Part shown: piece after piece, positions 1 to 13,836 of the stretch | Numbering within the stretch: the stretch's first letter is position 1 | How the letters are laid out: the number at the start of each line of letters is the position of its first letter | Assembly: GCA_951406725.2 (NCBI GenBank) | Contig: OX597816.1 | Span: 31,062,001-31,126,000, forward strand | Source of the DNA: Octopus vulgaris | Lineage: Eukaryota | Reading direction: 5' to 3' | Length of the DNA stretch: 64,000 nt | Translations under genes and position numbers: made by a program | The notes under the pieces: generated by a model | What the model saw: the letters and a program-made list of their open reading frames with translations, nothing else | What the model was told of the DNA's origin: nothing | The model's database searches: none

Positions 1-1639
1 GAAACTGATTCTAGCGATAACTCACCGTCTATATATTTGAACGAATGTATAATATAATAGTAAATAAACTGTTGTTATGGACTTTTTTGCTTTTGCTTTC
101 GTAACCGAGAGAAGAAAAAATAACAATCACATTAACCGCGAAGGAATCATCTCACTTCCATTATTGACAATATAGCATTGACCCATCACATATTCTTCAT
201 CCCAAGTTTTATCTGAGATTAACGGAAAGTTTGTAAACACAATGGTGTTGCATTTGAAAACTTGACTTGTTTTGTTCTCATTCCTTCTATCATTCTTTCT
301 TTCTCTCTCACTCTGAACATCCTCTCCCTCTCTCCTTCTCTCTCTGCATACATACATATATATGAATGACATTCTTATGTGTTGTTATACATAGGTGCAA
401 ACATACAGAAATATTCGTATTTAATTCCTAAAGTACCTTGAAGAAATGTTTTTCTTGTCAAAATCATTCTTTGAAAGCAGATGTATATCTGTTGGGATCG
501 TGACTTGAAAGCTTTCATTCAGAACATATAAAGAGGCTGACTTGTTTGTAAACATCCATGTTGTCAGCAAGTTACCAACGTTTGACTTTCCTCCTTCTTA
601 CATCTCAGTTAAAAGGAAACAGATAAATAAATAAAACCAGACTTCTATACGAAAAATGTTCTTTCAGTTTTCTTCTAGAATATTCTTTTCTAAAATTGTT
701 TATAACCAGATTTGAATTGTCAAACATCCTTATTTCTTTACAGAAGAGAAGCTGTCATATTTTTGAATAGATTATATCAATTATGTTTTTTTTTTCTGTA
801 TGTTTCTTACCTTTGATTATTGTTATATCTGTTATTTTGAAAAAATAAAGAAGAAAAAATTGAAGAAATACAAATCATAAAAAGTTCATATTTTTGTCAT
901 TTATTTGGCAAGGTTTCTAAAACCAGTAAACCACAGAGAATTTCATAAGTATGTTAGTTGAGATGATGAATCAAAAAAATATTTCGGCGAGCATATTTTT
1001 CATGTTTTTTAACGTAATAAAAGCAATGGCAATAATTTGAATTATAATATATGAATTCTACCGACTTAGTATAGCTGATCGAAATATGTTGATGGGAATG
1101 AGATTAAGCAACATTTATATTTATTCGAGAGTATTGGTAAGTGACGTGTAAAACAAGGGTATCGATTGATTTTTCTTTTTGGGAGAAATGCTGCTGATCA
1201 GAAAAATCGAATATCTAAATATTGTTCTAGAGGACAGAAAACCTTAATAAAAGTGTTGGAATCGAGTGATCTGCGCCCAATACGGTACTGTTGTTTTTGC
1301 AGTCAATGAGGGAGCATGACAATTTCAATCGGTGTGATGCAAATATAATGAAAGTTTCCTTCAAATTACGCCATGGTGTTTTAAGAAAGGAAACATATGG
1401 CATTATGTAGTATTAGAAATGAGTATGGCCTAAATTTTAGATGTAATGCTTTTATTTTGCAATTTGTACCTTATATTCCATTATTCCAAAATTACTAATT
1501 GAAGCCGGTATGTCCTATATGCTCCTCACCTTTCCTGTAGATGTAATGTAAGGACACCCTTAAAGGCTTCATATGAGAAAAGATGAGTTCATCCTTAGAA
1601 GTCCCTGTAGCTTAGGTTTCACCTAAATGCAGGGAATAT

Positions 1640-2603
1640 AGATCTTTTCTTGTTCATGGGCAGCTCGATTAATTAATTTTCTTTAAATAAATACTTTGAA
1701 ACTCCATATACTGTTAGAATGTATCATGTAGAACATCTTTCAATCTTAGCGTTGTTGAGAAAAGTTTCTATTTACGAACTTGATTCGTATTAAAGTTGTC
1801 GTATTTTGGTAATTTCAACCAATCAATGACGTGTATTCAGCTGAAAAACAGTACTACTGTTGATTGTCAACAACGACTATCGGCGGCGTATATTTCGTTT
1901 GTCACTCTTAGTTATGACATCGTTCGTACGTTTGTAGTGGGTTAGTTTAGGGTTAAGGGTTATGGTTTTAAGGTTAGGTTTGCGATTTTAGGGTTAGGGT
2001 TACGGGAAAAAGGGAAAGATGAAGAAATTGGAGGGGGAGGGGTTACAGGTGTACAAAATATCTCAAAATTCCGATTTTTGGCAATTTTCCGGAATCTCCG
2101 TATCCGAAATATGTGGGTTTTTGGTCTAAACAATTTAAAAAAACAACAATAATTTGCGAGAGAATGGGGTCCTGTGACGGTAGGAAATCTTTCCGAAAAT
2201 AGTTTCTGAAAACAAGAAATAAATCCTAAAGACAGTAGAAATGCACGAACGATTATAGTGGTGTCGTGAAGTAAACGTGTTTTAGATACACTCATTCATA
2301 CGAACGTAATTGAGATTAAATATGTCATAAATAAGAGTGACAGACGAAATATACACCGCCGGAAGTTGTTGTTGACAAACAACGACAGTAATTCTATTCA
2401 GCTGAATACACGTCACTGATTTGTTGAAGTTAACGAAATACGACAACTTTAACACGAAATAACTTCGAAAATAGAAAATTTTTGTCAAAAACGTTAAGAT
2501 TAAAAGATGTTCTCTATGACACATTCTACCAGTATACGAAGTTTTAATGTGCTTAGTTAAAGAAAATTAATTAACCGAGTTCTCCATGAAAAGGTTAAGA
2601 TCC
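1640..2603. mobile_element. Non-autonomous DNA transposon (MITE) with ~280-bp TIRs and 8-bp TSD; Merlin-like
   Basis: 1640-1920 is the diverged reverse complement of 2322-2603. Termini are AGATCTT...AAGATCC. GGGAATAT flanks both sides (1632-1639 and 2604-2611). Degenerate TTAGGG-like repeats lie at ~1940-2005. Confidence 0.85.
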
Positions 2604-3150
2604 GGGAATATTATTGCAGTCCCAGCAAGATACATGCAAATTAAAACGTAATTTAGTACTTAAATGAGAAAAAAAAAAACAGAAAACAAAAACAGAACTC
2701 ATGTAAGTAAATTTCATACTCATCATATAATACATATTACATTTGATTAGTACTCTATTGTACGTATAGTAGATTTGTAACCACGTTGGTAACTTGTCTC
2801 CTGTCTAACATGTGGTGATATAATATATGGATGCTGGTCCTTTGATCATTATGTAGAATATAATGTACGAAAAAGTAGAAGAAAAATATTATAACTGAAT
2901 TCATTTTTAAAAAGTATTCTTTTACGTTTCCCACTTGTGGATATAAGTGACTTCCAAACTGTATCCAGCTGCACAAGTATTACGAAATATACGAACCATG
3001 ATTTATGAAATTGCAATATCGCATTGCATACATATTTTCCAGAAAAATGAAACAAAACCCAAAGTATAGCTCGTAAACCTACTAAATATTATCACAATTT
3101 CAGCTGCAATATAAAAAGTGTATGCTTTTATCCCAAAGATAATGATAATT

Positions 3151-3448
3151 GGATGTACATAGCCTAGTGGTTAGAGCAGCGGACTCGCGGTCAAGGGATC
3201 GCGTGTTCGAAGCTCAGACCGGACGATATGTGTGTTTATGAGCGAAACATCTAAGCTCCAGGCGGTAATGGCGAAACTTCTGCTGACTCTTTCGCCACAA
3301 CTTTCTCTCACTCTTTCCTCCTGCATCTTGCAGCTCACCTGCGACGGACCTGCGTCCCGTCCAGGTGGGGAAGCTATACGCCAACAAACCGGGAAACCGG
3401 CCCTTATGAGCCAGGCATGGCTCGAGAAGGAACACATAACAACAACAA
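3151..3448 (+). mobile_element. tRNA-derived SINE with V-domain-like core and (AAC)n tail
   Basis: A box TAGCCTAGTGG and B box GTTCGAAGC. Core CCTGCGACGGACCTGCGTCCCGTCCAGG...AAACCGGGAAACCGG resembles the V-SINE domain. Probable TSD CAAAGATAATGA at 3134-3145 and 3446-3457. Confidence 0.8.
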
Positions 3449-3759
3449 AGATAATGAAGTGATAAATAATAATAGAAAGAAATGACACCGCTAGAAAAAC
3501 TGCCGTTTAAATCGAAAAGATCCCAAAATCTTCGTACCTCTTCGGATCACTTTCCGTATGAATTTCATTATTTTCTACAGATCCTTATCAAAATCTACCT
3601 TTGTTGCCACAGTTTTATGAAACGTAATGAATAATCTACGGTTTATGTGCGTGTGTGTCTGTGTGTATGTGTGAACGTGTGTATTCACGAGTATATCGGT
3701 ATTTTGTGCGTGTGTGTGTGTGTATAAATGTACCGAATAATTAACCTGTAACTATAATT

Positions 3760-3910
3760 CACATCTTTACGTTCTGAGTTCAAATTCCACCGAGGTTGAT
3801 TTAGCTTTTCATCCTCTCAGAATCGATAGAAAAAAACCATCAGGGTACCAAGATCGATATGAAAGTCTTAGCGTTATATTTAGAAATTGCTGGCATAGTG
3901 CCGAAAGTTT
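3760..3910 (+). mobile_element. SINE type B fragment
   Basis: TACGTTCTGAGTTCAAATTCCACCGAGGTTGATTTAGCTTTTCATCC matches the fuller copy at 48057-48287. Confidence 0.7.
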
Positions 3911-4481
3911 ATACTATAATATAATTGGTTTGGATAACTCTCTGAATATACTCATATCAACCACATCATAGAAAAACATTATGGATTGAAGAAACGTCAG
4001 ATAAAAGAACCTTAATCATGTACGTTTGGAAATAAATGTAAAGGCAAATATTCTTTGACGGATTCAGAAGTTTGTTATTACGGATGGCATGGATAAGGAC
4101 AGAGGATACTAAGAATGAAAACAGATATAAAAATCTGTAAATAGATCGACATATCTGCAGATCCGTCGGCCGTATGAAATGTGGTTCGAAAATGGTTTAA
4201 ATGTTTATTACAAGTCATTATTTAGTACGTAGTTTCACAAGTACTGTTATGTATAGATTGTCAATTCTGAAGAAATATTTATGTTGACAGATACATTGTT
4301 GTATCCCTGGTGTACACCTGACAAGTTTATAAAATATTTAGGGTTTTTCTCCACAATAAAGATAAATTTCATATAATAGAATGCTCGATAATTCTATAAG
4401 ACATATAAATATAAAAGTATATATTAATACATACATGTGTGTTCATACATACAAGCACATAGAAATATACATATATAAATG

Positions 4482-4487
<6 letters not shown>

Positions 4488-4545
<58 letters not shown>

Positions 4546-4740
4546 TATATGCGTACATGCGTAGTTGTATACATGTATGGATGTATATGTATACATGTAT
4601 ACATGTATACATGTATATGTATAGATGTATATGTATAGATGTATATGTATATATGTATATGTATAGATGTATACATGTATAGATGTATATGTATACATGT
4701 GTAGATGTATATGTATAGATGGCTATATAGATAGATATAA
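4488..4740. repeat. (TA)n plus (ATGTAT)-type compound microsatellite
   Basis: Directly visible; explains the overlapping YIYI/IHVY pseudo-ORFs. Confidence 0.95.
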
Positions 4741-5280
4741 ATGTTGTATGTGTGTGTGAAAGAAAGAGAGTGAGAAAGGGATAGACAGACATAGAGAGAG
4801 AAATAGAGAAGCTTCACGTAGTATTTTTTATGTCGAGTACGCACAGTTCAGCATACCGATATAATGGGCAATAATTACATTCCATTGTTAGATATGCGTT
4901 TAGATATTCATATGATAGAACCGCCCAATCTTAACATTATGCAAAGTATGAAAAATAATCGTATTACTTAATTCAACATATTGCACATTCGTAACAATAT
5001 ATCTGAATTTCATCACACAGAAGGCATTTCAATAACACAAAGGAATCAAAAAATGAAAATAAGTCATTCTCCAAAATAAACAAAATGTTTCATTAAAGGT
5101 TTATAGGAGTGAATAATGAGGCTAACATCTCATGAAATGTTATCCATAAGTGTCGCTATCACTCCGCTCGTCTGTATATGCACACATATATGCATGTATA
5201 TTTACATAGTCACATGCCTACGTTCACGCATGCATATATCCATAGATACATGCATACATACATAGTACATACGCATATAT

Positions 5281-5343
<63 letters not shown>

Positions 5344-5383
5344 ACGTATATCTGTAAATATATATATATATATATATATATCA

Positions 5384-5458
<75 letters not shown>

Positions 5459-5459
5459 T

Positions 5460-6100
5460 GACAACAAAGGAATGACTGAGACCTCGATATTATGTAAATA
5501 GAGGAATTTAGCTATAAATATAATATGTGACAAATTAGTCAGTTATCATAATAAAACTCAGAGTTTCGGGGTTTCGGGTGTCGGGTTGAGACAAACAATA
5601 ATGTTATGAACATGACCTTTGAATAAATGGAAATTACTATGAAAATGGCCTTTATTAAGACAAACAAAGGACCTATGAGATTGACCGTTAAATATAGGGA
5701 AATTTCCCGAATAAAGAGAAAGTAATATCACTCGATGAGGGTAAAATACCGCTCATAGAATCCGGTTAAAAAGGCAATGAAGCTGAACAACCCACAACTA
5801 AGGACACCAAAAGGAAGAATTTAATGAACATGGGATTTGACTATACAAGTGTAAAGGAAGATACATTTCCACAGGACTTTGAACACTCTTTACTTTCAAA
5901 CTTTACAGTAATTACCGCGCCCTCATCTCTTTCCCGTCCTACTTCTTGAAAGGTCATCTAGCCCTTGTGAGAACATATATGAGCCGAAATTGCGATGACT
6001 ATCTGGTGCATAACTGAAGAAAGAAATCTTCGAAAGATCCGTCCTTATTTTCCGTGTATCGTCTATCTGGATGTTTTGTTGTCCCTTTTTGTATTTTATA
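5460..6100. mobile_element. Penelope-like terminal fragments between microsatellites, with hammerhead-like motifs
   Basis: 5478-5520 is homologous (reverse complement) to 49630-49670. A minus-strand half motif GAAACTCTGAGTTTTAT lies at ~5552-5568. A plus-strand ATAA-CTGAAGA-AAGAAATCTTC-GAAA-GATCC-GTC-CTTAT lies at 6010-6048. Confidence 0.5.
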
Positions 6101-6102
6101 TA

Positions 6103-6205
<103 letters not shown>

Positions 6206-7115
6206 GTATATATATATGTATATTTACAGATATACCTATAGGTATTACGGCGAAAAGCGAAAGAAGAGAAAGTGAAAAAAGAAGAAAAATATATTTCTAA
6301 TGGAATTTCAATGGGTTAAAAGAAAACTTTCTCTCACCCTCTGCATTCATCTACCCTTCTCTTCCTCGTTCTTGATTGTCCTGAAACCTCTCTTCTTGTC
6401 TTTGTTTTTATCCTATTTGATTTGCTTTTTCTCTATTCTCCTATCCCCACCCAAATATTTTTCCTCTTCTTCTCAACGAAGCAAAAATATAAATGAACAA
6501 GGAAACGCTCTGTATTTACCATGTTCATGTTGTTTTGAATTCCATAAAGAAACAAAAGCGCTAATAAAGAATTATCCAATATTTTGACTGCCTCCGTTTC
6601 TCAATATACAATATCTGTACACAACTTCAAACACTGTATACACACATACACCCCCATACCACATCTATATCAGCATGAGTGCGTGTATGTGTAGTTATAT
6701 TACTTGTGTTCATGCATGATAATATATATCATATTTTACGTAGCTTAGCGTTTATCCTTGTGAGGGAGTTTAGAAAACTCTTTCGTCCCGTAGGGAAACA
6801 ATATTTTCCCTATCAATTATTTAAAATATACTAAACATGCGGAGCATTTCCTTACGTACATCCAGCGACGAAAGTTTAGCTTCGCGGATGACGCCTGGTA
6901 GCCGTTTGTGGTGAAAGTGGTCTCAGCGCACACTGCTGGGTACGTACACAAAACAAGTTTTGAATGCAACTCTTTAAAGTCTCCTATCTAAACATCTAAT
7001 TTTAAACATAACCTAAATATATTTATATACATAAACACATATATATGCACACATGCACACATAAACCCGCACACACATAGCACACCCGCATATATATATA
7101 CACATATTCATGGAG

Positions 7116-7151
<36 letters not shown>

Positions 7152-7152
7152 T

Positions 7153-7380
7153 ATGTTTCTTTATTAGCCACACAGGGCTGCACACAGACAGAACAAATTA
7201 CAAGGTAGAGCTTTTCTTTTGGGGGTAAAAAAAGGGGGTTGGTTTTCGATCAAAAGGGATCGTTAAAAGAAAGAAAGAGGACAAAAAAGGGGAGGATTTA
7301 AAAAAAGGGGGGAGAGGAAAAAAAGGAAAGGGGAGAGGAAAAAAGTTGATCAATAGAGATCGTAATCACAGAAATGTCAA
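7153..7380 (-). mobile_element. Probable L1/Tx1-like LINE 3' UTR fragment
   Basis: The minus strand is pyrimidine-rich and ends GCCCTGTGTGGCTAATAAAGAAACA, similar to the 3' end of the Tx1-like element at ~31290-31325. It lies between (TA)n and (GATA)n. Confidence 0.4.
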
Positions 7381-7384
7381 TATA

Positions 7385-7393
7385 GACAGATAA

Positions 7394-7470
<77 letters not shown>
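7385..7470. repeat. (GATA)n microsatellite
   Basis: Directly visible. Confidence 0.95.
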
Positions 7471-7968
7471 CACAAACACACACACATGTATGTTTGGAAA
7501 CATTTCTGTTTTTATCAGGATATTATGAAAACAAAAACATTTAGAGAATATGCAAGACATATAAATGTAAATAGTAATGTAAAAAATTATAAGATTTTAG
7601 CATATAAAAAAAATATAATATGAAATATAAATATAAGACAAAGAGAATCAAAACGAAATAACAGCATGAAAATATTATAATATAGAAACATGTGTATCAT
7701 ATATCTCGAAAAGAAATTAGAAAGGATAATAAAAATATCAATATAAATAAAAGACACGCACACAAAGGCAAACACACACAGACAAAAGGACACAGAAGCA
7801 GATACACACGCACACAATGATATGCAAAAACACACATGCACATATACAATTATAAATGTGAGAGGAAGCAAAAGTATATAAATATAAGATAACAAGTCAA
7901 TAAAATAAAGAGAAAATTATACAAAAGCATAACTGTGGGTGAATTAAATTCTGCCTTTGTGGGGGAGT

Positions 7969-8033
<65 letters not shown>

Positions 8034-8325
8034 TACACATGTGCACATATATATATGGCTATGGGAATTTTATCTATCAGTATTTGAGATATAGATATGT
8101 GTGTGTACAAGTTGGCGTACGGATAGATACCTATGGGTATATGACTGTGTATATGAGTGTGTATATATATGTGTGTGTTTGTATGTGTGTATATGAGGTT
8201 GCATGAGTGTGTGTGTGTGTGTGTGTGTGAGTTTGCTTTTTTTATATGGATAGATTTTGTGTGAGTATACATAGCTATCGTTGTTTCTCTGTAGATAAGT
8301 ATGTTTGGTATGTATATATAAGTTC

Positions 8326-8362
<37 letters not shown>

Positions 8363-8409
8363 TATATATGTGTATATGTTTATATATATATATGTGTATA
8401 TATAAATAT

Positions 8410-8451
<42 letters not shown>

Positions 8452-8482
8452 CTATAAATATAGATAACTATATATATATATA

Positions 8483-8859
8483 GGCGTAGAAGTGGTGGGT
8501 GTGGTAAGTAGCTTGCTTACCAACCACATAGTTTCGGGTTCAGTCCCACTCCGTGGCACCTTCGACAAATGTCTTCTACTATAGCCTCGTGACTGAATTT
8601 GCTAGACAGAAACTGAAAGAAGCCCGTGATATATGTGTATATATATATATGTGTGTGTGTCTGTGTGTTTGTTCCCCCCCCAACGTCGTTTTTCAACCGA
8701 TGGTGGCGTGTTTACGTCCCAGTAACTTAGTGGTTCGGCAAAATAGACCGATAGAATAAGTACTAGGCATACAAAGAATAAGTCCTGCTGTCGATTTTGT
8801 CGATTAAAGGCAGTACTCCAGCATGACCACAGTCAAATTACTGAAAGAAGTAAAAGAGT
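8483..8859 (+). mobile_element. SINE type A (octopus-type tRNA-derived SINE with internal (TA)n(TG)n)
   Basis: A-box-like GTGG...TGTGGT and B box GGGTTCAGTCCC, internal microsatellite, 3' end CAGTCAAAT..CTGAAA..AGTAAAAGAGT. Homologous to the copies at 29077, 49722 and 52651. Confidence 0.9.
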
Positions 8860-8889
8860 GAAAAAGATGTATGTATCGATCTATATCTA

Positions 8890-8942
<53 letters not shown>

Positions 8943-8943
8943 C

Positions 8944-8978
<35 letters not shown>

Positions 8979-9149
8979 CTCTCTATATATATATATATAT
9001 ATTTAAGGCCTGCTCGCTTAGCCAGCGGGGTGGCGTCATTCGAATGCTAAAACAATGCGAACGCATTGTGACCAGCGATTTGTAACAACATCTGATGGTC
9101 TGGTCGGTCACGTGATCAAGTGATATATATATATATATATATACATATA

Positions 9150-9393
9150 TCATCAACATAAGCAACAGGATATCAAGTAGTTATGCAGTACGACCGTTTC
9201 AAGCCGTTCTATTTAATTGAACAATGCAACCATTACATTAGATTAAATTGAAACGATCGTACTGCATTACGACTTGATATCCTGTTGATTATTTTTGGTT
9301 TTATTTGCCCTTATACAAGTTGTGTCGATAATACCAGACTGTCCTGGTGCTTCAACTTAAGTACCTAATTCAACAGAATCTTTATTATTTCTT
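9150..9393 (+). mobile_element. (TA)n-flanked inverted-repeat cassette with the 3' half of a hammerhead
   Basis: 9163-9202 is the reverse complement of 9248-9287. It contains GAAAC-GATC-GTA-CTGCA, the same family as 24104 and 43604. Confidence 0.65.
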
Positions 9394-9394
9394 G

Positions 9395-9430
<36 letters not shown>

Positions 9431-9437
9431 TATCAAC

Positions 9438-9626
9438 TTTTGAAACAGAGATCTCTAATGGATGCAAATTGATTTCTTAAATTAATTGACATACTCACCT
9501 ACAATTCTTTCATTTCACAAACAAAATTATGCAACAAAACATTTTGTTTGTGAAATGCAACAATTGTAGGTGGATATGTTAATTAATTAATAAATCGATT
9601 TGTATCCATTTGATCACTGTTTTCAA
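9438..9626. repeat. Imperfect ~190-bp hairpin next to (TA)n
   Basis: Arms ~9438-9527 and ~9541-9626, e.g. CATTTCACAAACAAAAT / ATTTTGTTTGTGAAATG and AATGGATGCAAATTGATTT / AAATCGATTTGTATCCATT. Confidence 0.8.
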
Positions 9627-9779
9627 ATTTAATAATAATATTTGATATTTTACGATATTTTAAATACTATATTCATTAAAAAAAATATTTCTTCCAAATA
9701 CAATATTTTAAACCAATGTATCTCTGATAAATATTTCCCTGTAAGATCTCTAAATGTCGTCGTTGTGACTTCGTCATGA

Positions 9780-9960
9780 TAAATCGCTACCCACTACACA
9801 TTCTTTATTTTCTCTCCGTTTCCTTCTGTGTTCCTTTCTGTAAAAGAGCGTAGACTCGAAACGTTAAAGACTTTTTCTCTTCTTGAGTGTTAAACTAATG
9901 CATCTCTATGTTGTCTACACCACCTGTCTTAGTCTTTTGTTTTTTTTTGTGAATTCTCCC

Positions 9961-9962
<2 letters not shown>
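9780..9962 (+). mobile_element. Penelope-like 3' end with degenerate hammerhead
   Basis: CTTTCTG-TAAAAGA-GCGTAGACTC-GAAAC-GTTA-AAGA at 9834-9870, running into (TA)n. Confidence 0.45.
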
Positions 9963-10015
<53 letters not shown>

Positions 10016-10093
10016 GCACGCGCACACTCTCACAAATACACACACACACATATACATATATACATCAGTACGTTTACTCGTGCTTGTGTGCAT

Positions 10094-10127
<34 letters not shown>

Positions 10128-10169
10128 TGTAAGGACATGTCTGTATATTCATTACTATATGCGTGAGTT

Positions 10170-10460
10170 TCCGGATACGGTATATACAGAGATATGTGTA
10201 TTTCGACTCTTACTTAGTACTTTAAAATACTCTGATTGAAATGAATCCGGCAATAACAGACAGAGTTAAAATCCACTGACAAAGTTGCAAAAGCAAGGAA
10301 AAGTTTTGAAAGTAAAAATAGAAATAAATATATTAGTGGAAACCGAACTGGTGAGTGTGTTATATAATCAGACATGAAGACACAATGACTCTCTCCAGGT
10401 ACAGCATAATTTGCTTTAACACACGAGTTCACATAAAGAATCTTGCAAAGCAGATACAAA
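10170..10460. mobile_element. Penelope-like terminal fragment related to the 16.4-17.0 kb element
   Basis: 10380-10455 is a reverse-complement homologue of 16411-16480. A decayed motif CCA-CTGACAA-AGTTGC-AAAA-GCAAG-GAAA lies at 10273-10301. Confidence 0.45.
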
Positions 10461-10917
10461 ACGAAGTTTATATACACATGCGCAAGCGTGTGTGTGCGTG
10501 CGTGTATGTGTGTGTAGAATATGGAAACTTGCATATCCTCAACATTCATTTCCTTTTCTTTTACAAAAATATGCTGTATGAAAGTGTAAAATATGAGGAA
10601 CTACATTTTCAGGAAGAGCAAGTCACGATATTCCATATCGTTATAATTATTGCTTATAAACACTCCAGATAACTTTAGCATCCAGGGAAGGAAACACAGA
10701 ATTTCCCATTGAAGAATATTAGAGAGTGATGGACAACTCGTAATAGTCATAGACATTAAGCACTACTCGATGCAGTTAGCCATAATGTTGTCATAAACTG
10801 ACATCCACCACGGTATATCCGTCTAAATTCTCTCTCTCTCTCTCACACACACATACACACAAACCCACGCATGCACGTACCCGGGCCCGCACGCATACAC
10901 ACACACGAATATATAAT

Positions 10918-10952
<35 letters not shown>

Positions 10953-11055
10953 TTATATATACATGTTAATATATATATATATATATATATTGTTATATTT
11001 CGGAATGGTCATTTTGCCAGTTTAGCCAATAACCTTGCACAACAAATATATAAAC

Positions 11056-11143
<88 letters not shown>

Positions 11144-11149
11144 TTCCGT

Positions 11150-11310
11150 GTACTGAAATGTTCCTAAGCTGAACAAGATACTCTCAAAGGATCTGACCAA
11201 ATTAGGTTTATTTTCAATATACTCTCCTTTACGGACTACACACATCATCCATCGTTGTTGCAGTGCTTGGATGACATTGATGACGAGGATCTTCGTCATA
11301 TAGGTAAAAA
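11150..11310 (-). mobile_element. Tc1/mariner transposase C-terminal remnant
   Basis: IQALQQRWMMCVVRKGEYIE matches the mariner C-terminal pattern I..L..RW..C....G.Y.E. Confidence 0.7.
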
Positions 11311-12497
11311 AAAAATTATCATGTGACACCTAAATATGTATGGCACCCCTAAATTATACGCAAGGTTAAATGTCATACATGCTTGAATAAATTCTCAACA
11401 ATTATATGTCCCCACAATAAATCAAAAAACATTCTCCATAGTATCAGGACTTTACAGCCTAACGTGCAGTTAATTATCATTCTCTATATCAGAAAATTTT
11501 AACTCAAAAGAGACTACATAATGGCAAGATGAACTCAAATGCTTTCCAGTCCAATCATGGGTTAACTGGCCGAAACTTCGGAATTACACTCAATAATATT
11601 TTCAAAGTATGTAATTGTAAGATCCAAGGATCTAGGTGTCGGGAGATAGTCATCTTCAAGGAGTCCGTGAGAGATATAAAAACAACATTCAGGAACAATA
11701 ATAGTTCATTAGCGTGGGAGGTTGTCGGATTCTTCTATATCGAAGTTCGATAAACTGAAAAAAAAAGACAACTTTCATAGTTCACGGTTAGCATCTAGAG
11801 TTGCTACGAATGAGAATAAAAGTCCAAATTAAATGAATAGAGCAGGTAAAATTCAGGATCCGTGTTTCCTAGCAAGCAGATCCTCGGAAGTAATAATTAC
11901 TCAACGAGGGGTAGTGTATTGGCTACTCATCAGGCCAAGGATACTATAGTTAAATGATAGTTACATTGTCGTTAAAGAATCGCGAAGATATAATTTTAAA
12001 TGAGTGGTGAAGCCGGGAGAACCGAGTGAAAAGAACTAGAAAAACACGCGTATGAAGTAATAAAATGGTCGGTAATAGAAAAGAAGGAAGAGGTCGGAAA
12101 TATTGGATTCGAAAATACTCTAAAATAGTTACAGAAAAATAAGAGGAAGCGGGGATGCAGAACGGGAATTTAGGTTATATTGATGCTGACTAAGGGAAGA
12201 GTTATTGTGAATATTAGGCTGGGATCATTTTACTGCGTCAATGGTAAATAAATATATTGTCGCACCGATGCATATATATTTATAAGAAATCAAAAACAAA
12301 GAAGTTTTAGAAGTAAAATGGTTAAGAACGAGAGGAAATGGAAGAGAAGAGGCCAAATATTTAGGAGTGGTAGAATGTTGATTTGAAGAAAAGACGAAGA
12401 GGACGAAATTGAGGAAGAAAGAAAATAAAGTTACTAGACATTAGAGGGACGTATCACTCTGAGTTAAATTGGTGAAAGAAACTCGCCTAAAATGAAA

Positions 12498-12790
12498 GAA
12501 ACTCGCCTAAAGAAATTTTTCATGAGAAGTGAATTCGTTGCACACCTTAAAACATCTTATACTCAATCATTAACACTTCCACAATGAGTGTTTTCATACA
12601 ACATAGGATTTCAGTATTGCTTATACTGCGACATGCTCTAAATAAATGAAGTATGCCCTTCATAGCTGTTTTAACATACCAACATATGTACATATGCAAA
12701 GGTGATTGTACTGTTGATAATATGAAGCAGAGAGGAAATAACATGCAAGAGCTGAGAGTATACAGTAAGAGTATACATTCGCATATCTGT
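12498..12790. repeat. Direct repeat copy 1 (~290 bp; copy 2 at 15846-16135)
   Basis: Collinear diverged match, e.g. GAATTCGTTGCA.ACCTTAAAAC..C.TATACTCAATCATTAACACTT...GATAATATGAAGCAGAGAG.AAATAACATGCAAGAGCTGAGA. Confidence 0.9.
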
Positions 12791-12971
12791 GCGGGCGTAC
12801 GTAAGTTCTCTGTGTAACTATAGCATCCCATAGGAGTGCCCGCGCGTGTACGCGCCTGAATAATCTTATGTTGAGAGACGAAGATGTAGGGTGGGTTAAG
12901 AAAATATCAATGAAGCTAAAGTATTTTAGTGTTATAAATATATAGATGATCTCCAAGTGTGGAAGGATTTA

Positions 12972-13836
12972 CTAGATGATATCAAAAGTTTCCATTACTA
13001 ATTATGTTTAATAAATAATGATTTATTTACCGAAGTTTTAACATCGGTGATCCTTTCCCATTTTGGAATTCAGCCTGGAGTTTGTTTTCCGTTAGGGAGT
13101 CGAGGACCTTCTACGATTTACCATGGGTCTCGACGACGGTGTTTAAACTGTGACCTTTGAGCTGCATTATCATGTTGGGAATTAGATGCAAATCAGCGGG
13201 TGGTAAATCTGCGGAATAAGGCGACAGAGGAAGCGATACCATGCTTTTGGCGTGAAACTCACGTGTGAAGACAGCTTGGTGAAAAGGTGAAATCCAATTC
13301 TTCGCACTCTACAGATCAGCTCACTTTCACCGAATGACCTCCCTCAAACGCCTCAGAACGTCGCAGTAGAACTCTCGATTGACGTTGTGGCCTGGGGTAC
13401 GAATTCTCTAGGTACAGTACCACATTTATGGGGGTAACACCCATGGCAGGACTTCCAGGTCACTCATCGGATTCCAGGGACGTTTTTCCGCGTTTGAGGC
13501 ACCCGTGTAACACGAAACATTATGTACAACCTATTTCCTCGTCGCCGTAATCTTGCCGAAGCTTGCTCCATGTCTCTGTAGCAGACTCCACAAGTTTAAC
13601 ACAACATTTCACGTTGGTCCTTTGTTTCACATTCCTGTCGATGACAAAATCGCAGACTACAGGATACACGTCATCAGAAAAACACTATTTTCACAACTTG
13701 CGAAATAAACACAGTGATGTCACTCGGTACACTGCCTCATGAAGGTCACTGTTAGATCTCACTGAGCACTCAACTATGTGCTGCCCTCTGTTGGCGTGCT
13801 ACAAAAATCGTCCGGAAAGGTTTCGATTCCACCTCT
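12972..13836 (-). mobile_element. Internally deleted mariner element
   Basis: The minus strand at ~13140-13240 encodes LPLSPYSADLPPADLHLIPNMIMQLKGHSLNTVVE, a degenerate YSPDLAP motif. Diverged TIRs lie at ~12972-13005 and ~13800-13836, flanked by TA. Confidence 0.8.

Noticed and set aside
1940-2005. TTAGGG repeats as a telomere or fusion relic
   Set aside because: Few, degenerate and internal to a MITE.
3151-3225. tRNA-like sequence
   Set aside because: It is the head of a SINE: the cloverleaf is imperfect, it continues into a core and tail, and it has a TSD.
9007-9120. GC-rich fragment between microsatellites, considered as an HDV-like ribozyme
   Set aside because: I could not build the P1/P2/P3 nested pseudoknot; more likely a retroelement 3' fragment.
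11905-11935. CTGATGA-GTAG...CTAC on the minus strand
   Set aside because: No GAAA or cleavage triplet follows the stem, so it is not a supportable hammerhead.
11450-12470. Higher-complexity purine-rich segment, possibly an old retroelement
   Set aside because: I could not recover a diagnostic protein motif in any frame.
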